DNA of 64,000 bases from Kofleriaceae bacterium (GTDB lineage Bacteria; Myxococcota_A; Polyangia; Haliangiales; Haliangiaceae), in the NCBI GenBank assembly GCA_046597055.1, contig JBKJLC010000103.1, positions 12,468 to 76,467 of the forward strand, in the 5' to 3' direction. Under the pieces are notes generated by a model, which saw nothing but the letters and a program-made list of their open reading frames with translations, was not told the DNA's origin and searched no databases. Positions 41,164 through 64,000 of the stretch are shown in pieces. The position numbers were made by a program, and so were the translations under genes. How positions within the stretch are numbered: position 1 is the first letter of the stretch; each line of letters begins with the position of its first letter.

Positions 41164-42045
41164 GTGCTGAACTACAACCACGTCTACTACTTCCACGTGA
41201 CGGCCGAGGAGGGCTCGTTTGCGGCGGCGGCACAGCGGCTGGGAGTCACCCAGCCGACCGTCAGCGAGCAGATCCGTCAGCTCGAGCGCACGGTGGGCGT
41301 GGCGCTGTTCGAGCGGGGCCCCGCCACGCTGCGCCTGACCACGCTCGGCCGGCTCGCGTACGAGCACACCACCGCGATGTTCCGCACCGCCGACAGCCTG
41401 GTCGCGGCCCTCGCCGGGGCGCGCTCGCCGCCGATCGTGGCGCTCCGCATCGGCATCAGCACCGCGGTCTCGCGGACGCTCGCTGCCGGGTTCCTGCTGC
41501 CGGTGCTCGAGCTCGACGGCTGTGTCCCGACGATCCACTCGGCCAGCTTCGACGACCTCGTCCGAGACCTGCGCGGCAACGAGCTCGACCTGGTGCTCGG
41601 CGAGAGCGAGCCACCCACGGCCGCCCGCCGCGGGCTGGTGGTCGAGCGGATCTATCAGTCGCGACTGCTCGCGGTGGCGGGTCCCACCGTGGTGCCCGAC
41701 GAGGCCTGGACCAACGTGCGGGTCATCCACTACCGGGTGAGCTCGGCGCTGCGCTGGGAGGTCGACGACTTTCTGTCCACGCGCGAGCTGCGCCCGATCA
41801 CGGCGGCCGAGACCGACGATGCCGGGCTCATGCTCGAGGCGGTCGCGAGCGGACCGTTCGTGGCGTTCGTGCCTCACAGCCTGGCCCGCGAGGCGCTCGC
41901 CAGCGGCCGCGTCCGCACCCTCGAGGTCATCCCCGGCCAGTCGCTCGGCGTGCACGCCGTCTACCACGACGGCCAGGCGTCCGACCTGGCTCGCCGCGCG
42001 GCCGAGCTGCTCGCCGACCGAGCCGCCACCCGCTTCGACACCTGA
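41164..42045 (+). CDS. LysR family regulator (NhaR-like N-terminus)
   Basis: LNYNHVYYFHVTAEEGSFAAAAQRLGVTQPTVSEQIRQLE. Confidence 0.9.
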   Translation: MLNYNHVYYFHVTAEEGSFAAAAQRLGVTQPTVSEQIRQLERTVGVALFERGPATLRLTTLGRLAYEHTTAMFRTADSLVAALAGARSPPIVALRIGISTAVSRTLAAGFLLPVLELDGCVPTIHSASFDDLVRDLRGNELDLVLGESEPPTAARRGLVVERIYQSRLLAVAGPTVVPDEAWTNVRVIHYRVSSALRWEVDDFLSTRELRPITAAETDDAGLMLEAVASGPFVAFVPHSLAREALASGRVRTLEVIPGQSLGVHAVYHDGQASDLARRAAELLADRAATRFDT

Positions 42046-42102
42046 AGAGGTGCAGCCCACACGGCGTCTGGCGTCGGGCCACGACTGGCGGTAGGGTAAC
42101 CC

Positions 42103-43254
42103 GTGTCGGCCGAAGCGCTGCGGGGACAACGGCTCGTTGCGTACCTGCGCGCGCATCGCGAGACGCTGCTGACCCGGTGGGAGCGCCGGGTCCGGGCCGA
42201 CGCCGAGGTCGAGCCGGCGCGCACCCTCAGCGAGCCGCAGCTCCGCGACCACCTGCCCGGCCTGCTCGACGCACTGATCACGTGCGTCGAGAACCACTGC
42301 GAGACCGGCGGCAAGCCGGTCGTCCGTGGGCGCGCCCTCGGTCACAGCGCGCCGGCGATCGGCCACGCCCACCACCGCCAGCGCCAGGGCTACACCCTCG
42401 CGCAGGCGCTGCGCGAGCTGTCGTGGTTTCGCACCGTGCTGATCGAGCTCTGCGGCGAACGTGACGGCATCGACCGCGAGCACGCGGTGCTGATCCACGC
42501 CGCCCTCGACGAGTCGATGACGACGGTGGCGGTCGAGATGGAGCGCTACGCGGTCGACAGTCGCGACCAGGTCCTCCGGGTGGTGTCGCACGATCTGCGC
42601 GGCCCGCTGAGCGCGGTGGTCATGGCGGCGGCGCGCCTGATGAGCGCCGAGGGCCTCGATGCCCTGGTCCGCAAGCGGGTCGACGTGATCGACCGCGCGG
42701 CCCAGCGCATGACCCGGCTGGTCAACGACCTGACCGATCTCGGCAGCATCGACGCGGGCACGCTCCGGCTCGATCTGCAGCGGGTGGATCCGCGCGCGCT
42801 GCTCGACGAGGCGGTCGAGAGCTCGGGCGCAAACGATGGCGACCTCGGGATCACGATCGACGTCCAGGTCGCCGAGCTCCCGATGATCCGGTGCGATCCC
42901 GGGCGGTTCTTGCAGGCCATCGGCAACGTGCTGAGCAACGCGTGCAAAGTGGTTCCGCCGCGGACTGGGCGCATCGTCGTGTCGGGGTTCGTCCGCGACG
43001 AGCAGGTCGTGATCGCGATCGCCGACAACGGGCCCGGGATCGACGTCAACGAGCTGCCGCGGCTGTTCGAGCGGTTCTGGCGCAGCCCGCGCGCGTCCTA
43101 TGACGGCACCGGCCTCGGCCTCGCGATCGCCAAGGCGATCGTCGAGGCCCACGGCGGTGACATCTGGGCCGAGAGCAGCCCGGCGGGCGCGACGGTGTCG
43201 CTGGCCCTGCCGATGCAGCTCCAGCGCGCACCTTCCAACACTTCCTCGTCCTGA
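42103..43254 (+). CDS. Histidine kinase with RsbRD_N-like sensor domain
   Basis: LRAHRETLLTRW..LRDHLPGLLDAL..HRQRQGY; SHDLRGPL, NVLSNACK, GTGLGLAI. Confidence 0.85.
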   Translation: MSAEALRGQRLVAYLRAHRETLLTRWERRVRADAEVEPARTLSEPQLRDHLPGLLDALITCVENHCETGGKPVVRGRALGHSAPAIGHAHHRQRQGYTLAQALRELSWFRTVLIELCGERDGIDREHAVLIHAALDESMTTVAVEMERYAVDSRDQVLRVVSHDLRGPLSAVVMAAARLMSAEGLDALVRKRVDVIDRAAQRMTRLVNDLTDLGSIDAGTLRLDLQRVDPRALLDEAVESSGANDGDLGITIDVQVAELPMIRCDPGRFLQAIGNVLSNACKVVPPRTGRIVVSGFVRDEQVVIAIADNGPGIDVNELPRLFERFWRSPRASYDGTGLGLAIAKAIVEAHGGDIWAESSPAGATVSLALPMQLQRAPSNTSSS

Positions 43255-43293
43255 TCGACGAGTCGCTCCGGGCGGCCGCGCTACCGCCCGCGC

Positions 43294-43540
43294 GTGGAAC
43301 ATCGCAAGCTCCTCGGCGCCGGCCTCCGCGTACCGGTCGTCACGTTCGGCACCGCAACCTTCGGCGGCGGCGACGAGGTCTTCCGCGCCTGGGGCACCAC
43401 CGACGTCGCCGAGGCCCGACGACTGATCGACATCTGCCTCGCAGGCTGGCGCCACCATCTCGACACCGCCAACTCGTACTCGAACGGGCTGGCCGAGGAG
43501 ATCGTCGGCGCTGCGATCGCTGGCCGCCGCGAGGCCTGTG
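43294..43540 (+). pseudogene. 5' fragment of an aldo/keto reductase
   Basis: RKLLGAGLRVPVVTFGTATFG..DTANSYSNGLAEEIVGAAI, then similarity is lost where the catalytic Lys (xATK) should follow. Confidence 0.75.
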
Positions 43541-43869
43541 CCAGTGGCCCGACCATATCGCAACCGCTTGCGATCGTTATACTTCCGGACTCTGCAGGTG
43601 TCGACCTGTTACCAACGGTGACCACCCATCGTCAGCGTCGGACCCGCGGGCCACGCGTGTTGGCGTGGGCGATGCGCGACCGCAGTCCGACCTGCGTGAC
43701 CTGGCGCACGATCGTGTTGTTCGCTCTCGTGCTGGGGCGCCCTGCCCGACCGCGCCGCGCGGCGCAGCGCAGCGAGCGGCCACCGCGAGCCCCAGCACGG
43801 CATCGCCGCTCGGGGGCTCAACTCGGAGGCGCCGCGGTCGATTCGATCAGAGTGACGACCGCGGCGCCG

Positions 43870-43898
43870 AAAATAGAAAGACCACCTTTCGGTGGTCT
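43870..43898 (-). terminator. Rho-independent terminator after tRNA-Leu
   Basis: AGACCACC-GAAA-GGTGGTCT hairpin followed by TTCTATTTT on the minus strand. Confidence 0.8.
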
Positions 43899-43904
43899 AG
43901 CCCG

Positions 43905-43986
<82 letters not shown>

Positions 43987-43997
43987 GAAGGGTTGGG

Positions 43998-44025
43998 AGT
44001 ATATAGCGGGGCCCAAAAGGATCAA
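43998..44025 (-). promoter_or_regulatory. Sigma70-type promoter of tRNA-Leu
   Basis: TTGATC-N16-TATACT. Confidence 0.6.
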
Positions 44026-44180
44026 GGGGCCGGGCCGGTTTTTGTGGAGCTTCCGCGCATCGAGTCGATCTCGAGCGGCGGTGAAGTCGGCTCTGCGGCG
44101 GCCGGAACCAGTCGCCAGGCCAGCCGCGTCTTTACTCGGCGGCCCCAACCGACATAGCATCGAAAGCGCTCGGGATTCGC

Positions 44181-45800
<1,620 letters not shown>

Positions 45801-45920
45801 GCCCGCCCGCGCCCACGCGAGGCCTGAGCCCGCCCGCGCCCACGCGAGGCCTGCGCCCACCCAAGGCCTGAGCCAGCGCGTGATGCCGTCGATGTCCCCG
45901 AGGGGATCGAAGCGCTCGTC

Positions 45921-46288
45921 GTTCCGGTGGCCCTGAGCCGGCGCCGAGGGCGCCGTGTCGAAGGGCAGACCTCAGGATCCCGCACATCTTTCCGGTGTCC
46001 CTGAGCGAAGGGCTCGTTGCGAGCCCGGCGTCGAAGGGCCCGCCTCGGCATTGATCACAACTCGCCAGGTGACCGAGAGCGTTGCCTTTCCCGGTGGCCC
46101 TGAGCCGGCGCCGCAGGCGCCGTGTCGAAGGGCCACCGGGACAGGTGAGCGCTTCCGATCACATGAAGACTTGTGATCAATCCCGAGGGCAGACGCGCAA
46201 AGAGCAGAGCGTCGGCGCTCGACGCCCTGCTCTCGTACCCCTCGACCGCTGGCTCGCGGCGCGAGCCCTGGCTCAGGGCCACCGGAAC
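45921..46288. repeat. Cluster of four REP-like elements CCGGTG(G/T)CCCTGAGC-hairpin-GTCGA(A)GGG
   Basis: Copies at about 45921, 45990, 46089 (+) and 46238-46288 (inverted); central hairpins differ but stay palindromic. Confidence 0.85.
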
Positions 46289-46295
46289 ATCGTGC

Positions 46296-58145
<11,850 letters not shown>

Positions 58146-58372
58146 CTGCGATGTATCCTCCTGCAATAGCAGGAAAAACTTCCACCCCTGTGACCTCGAA
58201 ATTCACGGGACGTGCAGATTGTCTCCCTCGGACGCATCTGCACTGGAATTATTCGGAATCACGCAAGCTTCCGCGAGACCCAAAGTCTGATGTTCCCCCG
58301 AAAACGACGCACGCGGGACCGGTCAAGATCCCGCGTGCGCACCCGGGCGGCCCGGACTCGGGTCGCGATCGA

Positions 58373-59335
58373 TCAGCCGCCCTGCTTGGCCGCGATCTGG
58401 AAACGAACCTTCTGCGCGATGCTCTTGTTGTCCGCGGCCGAGGGACCGGCCGCCTTCGAGTACTCGGACAGATCCTTGTCCGCTTCCTTGAGGTCGCCCT
58501 TGCGGAAGTGCGCCAGCCCGCGCTGGAACTTCGCGTCGTGGTTGTCCTTGCGCATGTCGATCGCCTTCGTGAACGACTCGATCGCCTGCTTGTCGTCGAG
58601 CTTGTCGAAGTACGCCATGCCGAGCACGTACAGCAACTGGCTCTTCTCCTCCTGCTCCATCACGTGCTCGACGCCCTGCGACAGCACCTGGATCGCCTGA
58701 TCCGGGTAGTCCCAGCGGCGGTACATCTCGCCGAGCGCGACGTACGGTGGCTGGAAGCGCGGCCACGACTGGATCGACTTGGTGAACGACTCCGCCGCCT
58801 GCTGCGGCTTGTCGCCATCGCGGTAGATGCGCGCCATGTAGTAATGCGCGCGGTAGAGTTCGGGGTTGAGCTTCACCGCGGCCTCGAGGTGCTGGAGCGC
58901 GGTGTCGAAGTTGAGCGTGCGGAGGTCGGGCTTGACGTCCTCCTTCTTCTTCTTGAGGTCGTTGGCCTGGTCGGTGCGGGCCTTGTCGACGGTGGCCTCG
59001 TAGAGCGAGACCCCCAGCCACATCTGGTACATCGCGTCGCTCGGCTTGAGCCGGACCGCATTCTCGAGCGCCTCGGCGGCCGGCTCGTAGGCACGCTTGC
59101 CGATGTGGGCGCCACCGAGCCCGTACCAGGCGCTGTGGTTGTCCTTGTCGACCCGCACGGCCTCCTTGAACTCGTTGGCCGCCGTCTCGTACTGCTTGGC
59201 GCCCTGCGCCTTGAAGCCAGCGTTGGCGCGCTTGATCGATTCGTTGCGTGCCTCGTCGGGACAACCCGTGAGCAGCGTGAGCAACGCCAGCGTGGAAACC
59301 ATCGAGACGATGCGTGGCATGAATGTGCGAGCCAT
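58373..59335 (-). CDS. TPR lipoprotein
   Basis: RBS GGGAGG; lipobox LTGC; several TPRs. Confidence 0.85.
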   Translation of the reverse strand: MARTFMPRIVSMVSTLALLTLLTGCPDEARNESIKRANAGFKAQGAKQYETAANEFKEAVRVDKDNHSAWYGLGGAHIGKRAYEPAAEALENAVRLKPSDAMYQMWLGVSLYEATVDKARTDQANDLKKKKEDVKPDLRTLNFDTALQHLEAAVKLNPELYRAHYYMARIYRDGDKPQQAAESFTKSIQSWPRFQPPYVALGEMYRRWDYPDQAIQVLSQGVEHVMEQEEKSQLLYVLGMAYFDKLDDKQAIESFTKAIDMRKDNHDAKFQRGLAHFRKGDLKEADKDLSEYSKAAGPSAADNKSIAQKVRFQIAAKQGG

Positions 59336-59427
59336 CAGTGCCTCCCTTGCGGCCTGGCGATGAAGACCGCCTCGGCGGCCTGACCGTAAATCGGTTCCTG
59401 CCAACTCCTCAAGTTCAACAGCTCCCG

Positions 59428-59457
59428 AAAACCAAAACCGGCGCCGAAGCGCCGGTT
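59428..59457 (-). terminator. Rho-independent terminator downstream of gltG
   Basis: AACCGGCGC-TTCG-GCGCCGGTT followed by TTGGTTTT. Confidence 0.8.
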
Positions 59458-59470
59458 CTCAAGATCGACC

Positions 59471-59640
59471 GTTAGCGGCGAGCGGGCAGCGAGCGAGGAG
59501 CCTCAGCTGCGAGGCGCCGGGCAGTGGATGCCCCGCTATCCCTGAGCGAGGCGCGAAGCGCCGAGTCGAAGGGCCGTCTGGCCGTGCCGAGTCGGCAACG
59601 ACGCAGATGAGGCCCGCAGCCGCTGCCCGCCGCGGCTAAC
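59471..59640. repeat. 170-bp nested palindromic element containing a fifth REP-like copy
   Basis: Arms GTTAGC/GCTAAC, GCGGGCAGCG/CGCTGCCCGC, GCCTCAGCTGCG/CGCAGATGAGGC; CCCTGAGC..GTCGAAGGG at 59540-59573. Confidence 0.8.
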
Positions 59641-61969
59641 CGCCGGTGGGGCGGAAGTTGAAGGGATAGTTCACCTGCACGCCGCCGCCGCCCTTGGGCT
59701 TCGGGAACTCGATGGCCTTGATCACCGCGGCGACGCAGTTGGCGACCTCCCCGTCGACGCCACTGGCGCGCGAGTCGACCACCGTGCCGGTGTTGCTGAT
59801 GAAGAACTGCGTGTTGACGGTGCCCTCGAGGCCCGGGCGCGCCAGCAGCTGCTTCTCGTAGCAGTAGGTGATCTTCGAGATGTTGCGCTTGATGTAGCGG
59901 CGGATGATCGCCTTGTCGAGATCGCCATTGGCGGTCGGCTGCCCGATACGGACCTGCGGGACCGACGACTGACGGCCGCGCATACCACCGCGGCCCGAGC
60001 CGCTGCCGTAACCCGAGCCGGTGCCCGAGCCGTGACCGATGGTGCCGTAGCGACCGGTGCCGATGGTGCCCCAGCCGGTGCCGCCGCCGCCCGGACCGAA
60101 GCCCGACCGGCCGAAGCCGAAGCCGCCTGCCATCTCGCCGGGCTCGTTGCCGAGCAGACCACCCTGGATGTCGAGGTCGTCGAAGCCTGACGAGATGTCA
60201 CCCGTGCCGGTGATCGAGGCGAACTGACCGCCCTGCATGAGGGCCGCGGACCCGAGCACACCCGCCGTCCGGGCCTGCTCGATCGCCTGCTGGCGGGCGA
60301 GCTGCTCCTGGTCGGCATTCTTCTTCATCTTGTACTGGCCCTCGGCGCGGTCCGAGTCCTTCTTTCCCATCTTGCCTTCCTCGAGCATCATCGCGGTGCC
60401 GGTCCCGCCGGACTCGTCCTCGCCGTCCTCCTCTTCCTTCTCCTCCTCGGGCGGGGGCGGATCCTCGATCGAGGTCATCTGCGCCTTGTTGGTCGTGTCC
60501 TCGTTGACCGCCATGTCGGTCGGCGCGGTGTCCTGATCGGGCGGTACGGTGCGCAGGAGGCCCCAGATGCCGAGGTGCACCGCGGCGGAGGCCGCGAAGA
60601 ACAGCAGCACGCGGCTCTCGAGCGCCGCGAATACCGGTACCGGGTGACGGCGGGGCTGCGGCACCGAGGTCACCAGGAAGGTCGCCGAGCCCGACTTGAC
60701 GCGGATGCGGGCCTTCTGCGGAATCTGGACCTCGAGCCCACCCGGCGCCGTCGTCGACGGCGTCGCGCGACCCTGGGCCTGCAGGTCGGCGAGTGTGGTC
60801 GACTGACCGTCGACCAGCATCTCGCCCTCCATGCCCTGGGCGAAGTTGAAGACGAAGTCGTCACCGCGCGGGGCGATCAGCGGGAAGCTGGCGACCGGCG
60901 ACTCGGTGGTGGGGAACTCGTTCTCCTGATCGGAGCCGATCCGGAACCAGGGATTGCTCCGCTTCTCCTCGCGCAGACGCAGGAGCGCAGCGGCGAGGAA
61001 GGCAATCCCGAGCGGGAAGCCGAGGAACACCATGATGTCGTTGGTGACCGCCAGCTTCTGGGGACGGAACGCCCACGACGGCGTCTTCACGACCCGTTTG
61101 GTTTCGGGGTCGAGCACCCCGACCTCGACCATCTGGTGCTTCTTGGCCTCGTTGAAGGCCGCGTTGTTGTAGCCGTTGACGAAGCCGACCATGCCGATGA
61201 CCAGCCAGCCGACCGCGAGGCCGAACAGCACCTTGGTCACGCCCGACGCCTTGCCGGTGACCCTGGCGTTCATCACATGCTTGACCGCGACCACCGAGTT
61301 GCCGAGCATGGCGGCAACCTCGACCGCTCGCGCTCCGGGCTCCTCGACCTGCTCGGCCAGGGCACCCTGCGCGAAGTTGTTCTGCGCCATCGGCTGCTGC
61401 ATGCCGAACGGCGCCGGGATCCCAGCCGCCGGGCGGGCGGCCGGCGCCGGCGGGCGCGGGGCCGACATCATCGGCGCGGGCGGCGGCGGCGCGAACGGGG
61501 CGGGCGCGGCCGGCGGGCTCATCATGGTCGGCGCGGACGGCGCGCTCGAGAACGCCGCGGCGGGCGGCGGCGGCGCAGGCGGCCGCGGGGTCGACGCGAT
61601 CACGTCGACCGGCGCCGGGCTGAGCTGGACCTTGGTCGGGAGGTCGTCGTCCTCCTCGGCACCGCCGACGGTGACCTCGATGCGGGTCTCGCCGATCACG
61701 ACGCTGTCGCCGGACTGGAGCTTCGCCTTGTTGACCTTCTGGCCATTGACGAAGGTGCCGGTCGTCGAGGACAGGTCGATGATGCTCACGTCACCGGGTC
61801 CGGTGACCTCGATGAGCGCGTGCATCCGGCTGACGTTCTTGTCATCGAGCCGCAGATGCGACGACGACAGCTTGCCGACCTTGATGACAGGAAGGGTGAG
61901 CTTCTCCTCGCGGAGGAACTCATCACCTTTGTAGAGGCGGAACGTGAGGGGTACCTTGCCACCGGCCAT
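59636..61969 (-). CDS. gltG: Gliding motility protein GltG/PglI (FHA, Pro-rich, TM, Gly-rich, TonB_C-like)
   Basis: VIKVGKLSSSHLRLDDKNVSRMHA; EEGKMGKK; GDLDKAIIRRYI..YCYEKQL..FPKPKGGG..VNYPF. Confidence 0.9.
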   Translation of the reverse strand: MAGGKVPLTFRLYKGDEFLREEKLTLPVIKVGKLSSSHLRLDDKNVSRMHALIEVTGPGDVSIIDLSSTTGTFVNGQKVNKAKLQSGDSVVIGETRIEVTVGGAEEDDDLPTKVQLSPAPVDVIASTPRPPAPPPPAAAFSSAPSAPTMMSPPAAPAPFAPPPPAPMMSAPRPPAPAARPAAGIPAPFGMQQPMAQNNFAQGALAEQVEEPGARAVEVAAMLGNSVVAVKHVMNARVTGKASGVTKVLFGLAVGWLVIGMVGFVNGYNNAAFNEAKKHQMVEVGVLDPETKRVVKTPSWAFRPQKLAVTNDIMVFLGFPLGIAFLAAALLRLREEKRSNPWFRIGSDQENEFPTTESPVASFPLIAPRGDDFVFNFAQGMEGEMLVDGQSTTLADLQAQGRATPSTTAPGGLEVQIPQKARIRVKSGSATFLVTSVPQPRRHPVPVFAALESRVLLFFAASAAVHLGIWGLLRTVPPDQDTAPTDMAVNEDTTNKAQMTSIEDPPPPEEEKEEEDGEDESGGTGTAMMLEEGKMGKKDSDRAEGQYKMKKNADQEQLARQQAIEQARTAGVLGSAALMQGGQFASITGTGDISSGFDDLDIQGGLLGNEPGEMAGGFGFGRSGFGPGGGGTGWGTIGTGRYGTIGHGSGTGSGYGSGSGRGGMRGRQSSVPQVRIGQPTANGDLDKAIIRRYIKRNISKITYCYEKQLLARPGLEGTVNTQFFISNTGTVVDSRASGVDGEVANCVAAVIKAIEFPKPKGGGGVQVNYPFNFRPTGG

Positions 61970-62074
61970 GGGCGTCTCTCCTGGGAAGGAGCAATGTCAG
62001 GTCGTCGCGGTCGTGCGATCGACCGAAGGCCGGTGACAGTCAGGCGGGCCGAACGAGTCGGCTCCGCCTCGCGG

Positions 62075-62332
62075 TCACAAGTCTTCGGCCGACTTCAGGA
62101 TCTCGGCGATGAATTCCTTGCGGATGCGAATCAGGCTCGAATGCTTGGCGAAGTCGCGGGCGTCGACCGACGAACCCTCGGGCTTGATGAGGTCACCCTC
62201 GATCGTATCCCCCGAGAAGTCGTAGACCTTGACCTTTTCCTTGCTGTCCTTGCCGGCCTTCTGCGCGAACGCAGGCGAGCCGAACGAGGCGACGACGAGC
62301 AAGGCGAGTGACGTACGAATGAGTGCGCGCAT
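62075..62332 (-). CDS. gltF: Gliding motility protein GltF/CglF-like
   Basis: Signal peptide; YDFSGDTIEGDLIKPEG..KHSSLIRIRKEF; sits between gltE and gltG. Confidence 0.85.
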   Translation of the reverse strand: MRALIRTSLALLVVASFGSPAFAQKAGKDSKEKVKVYDFSGDTIEGDLIKPEGSSVDARDFAKHSSLIRIRKEFIAEILKSAEDL

Positions 62333-62488
62333 GGCAGCTCCCGAGGTGCTTCGGTGTGCCTGGCGGTTCCCCATCACAGCCGTCAGACACCCGTGTTTGT
62401 GTTCGGTTCCCGAGAAGTCCGGAATTCTACGCTGGGGAGGGATCGCTTCCAGCGCTGAAAAACTTCGCCAGCAATCCCGGACGGTTGG

Positions 62489-63808
62489 CTACTTGGAGGC
62501 CGGGGGCGCCGGCTGGTTCGCCGTCGCCTTCTTGAAGTCATCGATCTGCTTGATGAACTTCTCGCAGTCCTTGATGTTCTCCTTGGCCTCTTCCTTGTCC
62601 TCGGGGCTTCCCTCCTTGCCGAGGAAGTCCCGGAAGTAGCCGAGGGCTGTCCGCATCGCGGTCTGGGACGCGCTGAGGTCATTCTCCTTCGAGGCTCGGA
62701 AATCCTTGTAGAGAACGCCGAGATTGAAGTACGCGTCGCCCCGCTTGGGTTCGGTGTCCTTGGCCTTCTTGTAGGTGGCCTCGGCCGCACCCAGGTCGCC
62801 CAGGCCACGCTGGGCGATGCCAAGCCCGATCAGCGCGTCGTAGTTCTTGGGCTGCAGCGACAGCACCCGGTCGAACTGCTCCTTGGCGACGTCGTAGCGC
62901 CGGGTGCCGAGCGAGATCAGCCCGACGTTCTGACGCGCCTCGGCGAAGTTGCCGTCGAGCTCGACCGCGGCCTGGAAGCGCTGGAGCGCATCGGTCAGGT
63001 TGTTGCGGGCGAGGAACAGCAGGCCGAGCGCGTGCTGGAGCGGCGCGTACGCCTTGTTGCGCTTCTCGCCCTCCTCGAGGAGGAGCTTGGCCAGGTCGAG
63101 CCGGTTCCGGTTCTTCCGGTAGCCCTCCATGTAGACGAGCCCGTAGAGCGTGTAGGCCCGGACGTTCTCGTTGTCGATCGCCAGCGAGATCGACAGCTTC
63201 TTGCGGGTGTCTTCCTCGAGCTTCCGCCAGCTCTCGCCGTCCTTGGTCCGGCGCAGCTCCTCGAGCTGCAGCATCGCCAGGTTGACGTACGCCGCGGACA
63301 GCTTGGGATTCGCCTTGATGGCGCTCTCCCAGTACTTCTTCGCGCCGTCGACCTTGCCGGCCTTGTAGTAGAGCTCGCCGAGGTTGGAGATGGTCGCCCC
63401 GTGGTTCGGCTTCGACTTGAGGACGGCCTGGTAGGCCTCCTCGGCCTCCTTGGCCAGACCGCAATTGTGATAGCTGCGGCCGACCATGTACTGGGCCTCG
63501 ATCAGGTCCTTGTGCTGGCGAGCGACCGACGAGAATTGCTCGGCCGACGAGCGGCACGCCGACTCGTTCCAGCTGGTCTGCTTCGTGTACGACTCGGCGG
63601 CGGCGGCGAAGTCCTTGCGGGCGTCGGTCGACACCTCGCGCTTCGGCTCGTTCGCCGGGTTCTCGGGTTTGATGCTGCTGATGTCGGGCGGCGGCGGCAC
63701 GTCGGTCGTGCCCTTCTGCAGGCCGGACTTCGGGGTACTACCGCAGGCAGCGGCGAACAGGAGCGCGCCGATCGCGACGCTGAGGGTACGGATTCGCATG
63801 ATGGCCAT
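62489..63808 (-). CDS. gltE: Gliding motility TPR lipoprotein GltE/AglT-like
   Basis: Lipobox AAAC; many TPRs; RLDLAKLLL; synteny. Confidence 0.8.
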   Translation of the reverse strand: MAIMRIRTLSVAIGALLFAAACGSTPKSGLQKGTTDVPPPPDISSIKPENPANEPKREVSTDARKDFAAAAESYTKQTSWNESACRSSAEQFSSVARQHKDLIEAQYMVGRSYHNCGLAKEAEEAYQAVLKSKPNHGATISNLGELYYKAGKVDGAKKYWESAIKANPKLSAAYVNLAMLQLEELRRTKDGESWRKLEEDTRKKLSISLAIDNENVRAYTLYGLVYMEGYRKNRNRLDLAKLLLEEGEKRNKAYAPLQHALGLLFLARNNLTDALQRFQAAVELDGNFAEARQNVGLISLGTRRYDVAKEQFDRVLSLQPKNYDALIGLGIAQRGLGDLGAAEATYKKAKDTEPKRGDAYFNLGVLYKDFRASKENDLSASQTAMRTALGYFRDFLGKEGSPEDKEEAKENIKDCEKFIKQIDDFKKATANQPAPPASK

Positions 63809-63837
63809 GGGGGTCCTCGGGGTCTCGCGATCCGGGG

Positions 63838-64000
63838 TCAGTCGATCTTCGTGATCGCGGGCTCGACGTCGAACACCGGCGCGACCTCGTCAGGGGTCGA
63901 GCGGAGCTCGGACGCGGTCGGGAAGTCCTCGGGCTTGATCTGCCCGAGCTCGCGCTCGCACAGCTTCGACCAGCTCGAGAACCAGCCGAAGTCGGTCGAG
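63838..64000 (-). CDS. gltD: C-terminus of GltD/AgmU-like protein (partial)
   Basis: Manual translation STDFGWFSSWSKLCERELGQIKPEDFPTASELRSTPDEVAPVFDVEPAITKID*; directly upstream of gltE. Confidence 0.6.
   Translation of the reverse strand, partial: STDFGWFSSWSKLCERELGQIKPEDFPTASELRSTPDEVAPVFDVEPAITKID

Noticed and set aside
40985..41170. 61-aa ORF between marR and lysR
   Set aside because: No recognisable motif or RBS; could be a gene remnant but is unsupported

Overview
Very GC-rich bacterial DNA whose gene content (Glt/Agm gliding genes, MYXO-CTERM tail, eukaryote-like Ser/Thr kinases, FHA-sigma54 activator) points to a myxobacterium (Myxococcota; inference). 1-23 kb: accessory and signalling genes (kinase with a TonB_C/AgmX-like tail, FHA-sigma54 activator, dodecin, PHM-like copper monooxygenase, ABC exporter, bphO-bphP bacteriophytochrome operon, lipoproteins, a broken trypsin relic, FabH-like synthase, AI-2E transporter), then tRNA-Phe. 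23-36 kb: hybrid kinase, a kinase/HExxH protein/Cys-rich MepA-like trio, class V PLP enzyme, cysDN. 36-44 kb: stress and regulatory patch (ligase-less LigD behind a sigma54-type promoter, NtrC, MarR, LysR, RsbRD_N kinase, truncated aldo-keto reductase) ending at tRNA-Leu. 44-64 kb: FHA-GAF adenylate cyclase converging through a REP-like repeat cluster on the gliding cluster gltD(partial)-gltE-gltF-gltG-TPR lipoprotein-agmK/gltI (~3950 aa). No CRISPR array, rRNA, integrase or transposase was seen. All family calls come from recognising motifs by eye; no database searches were run, and many start codons were moved from the ORF track by judgement.
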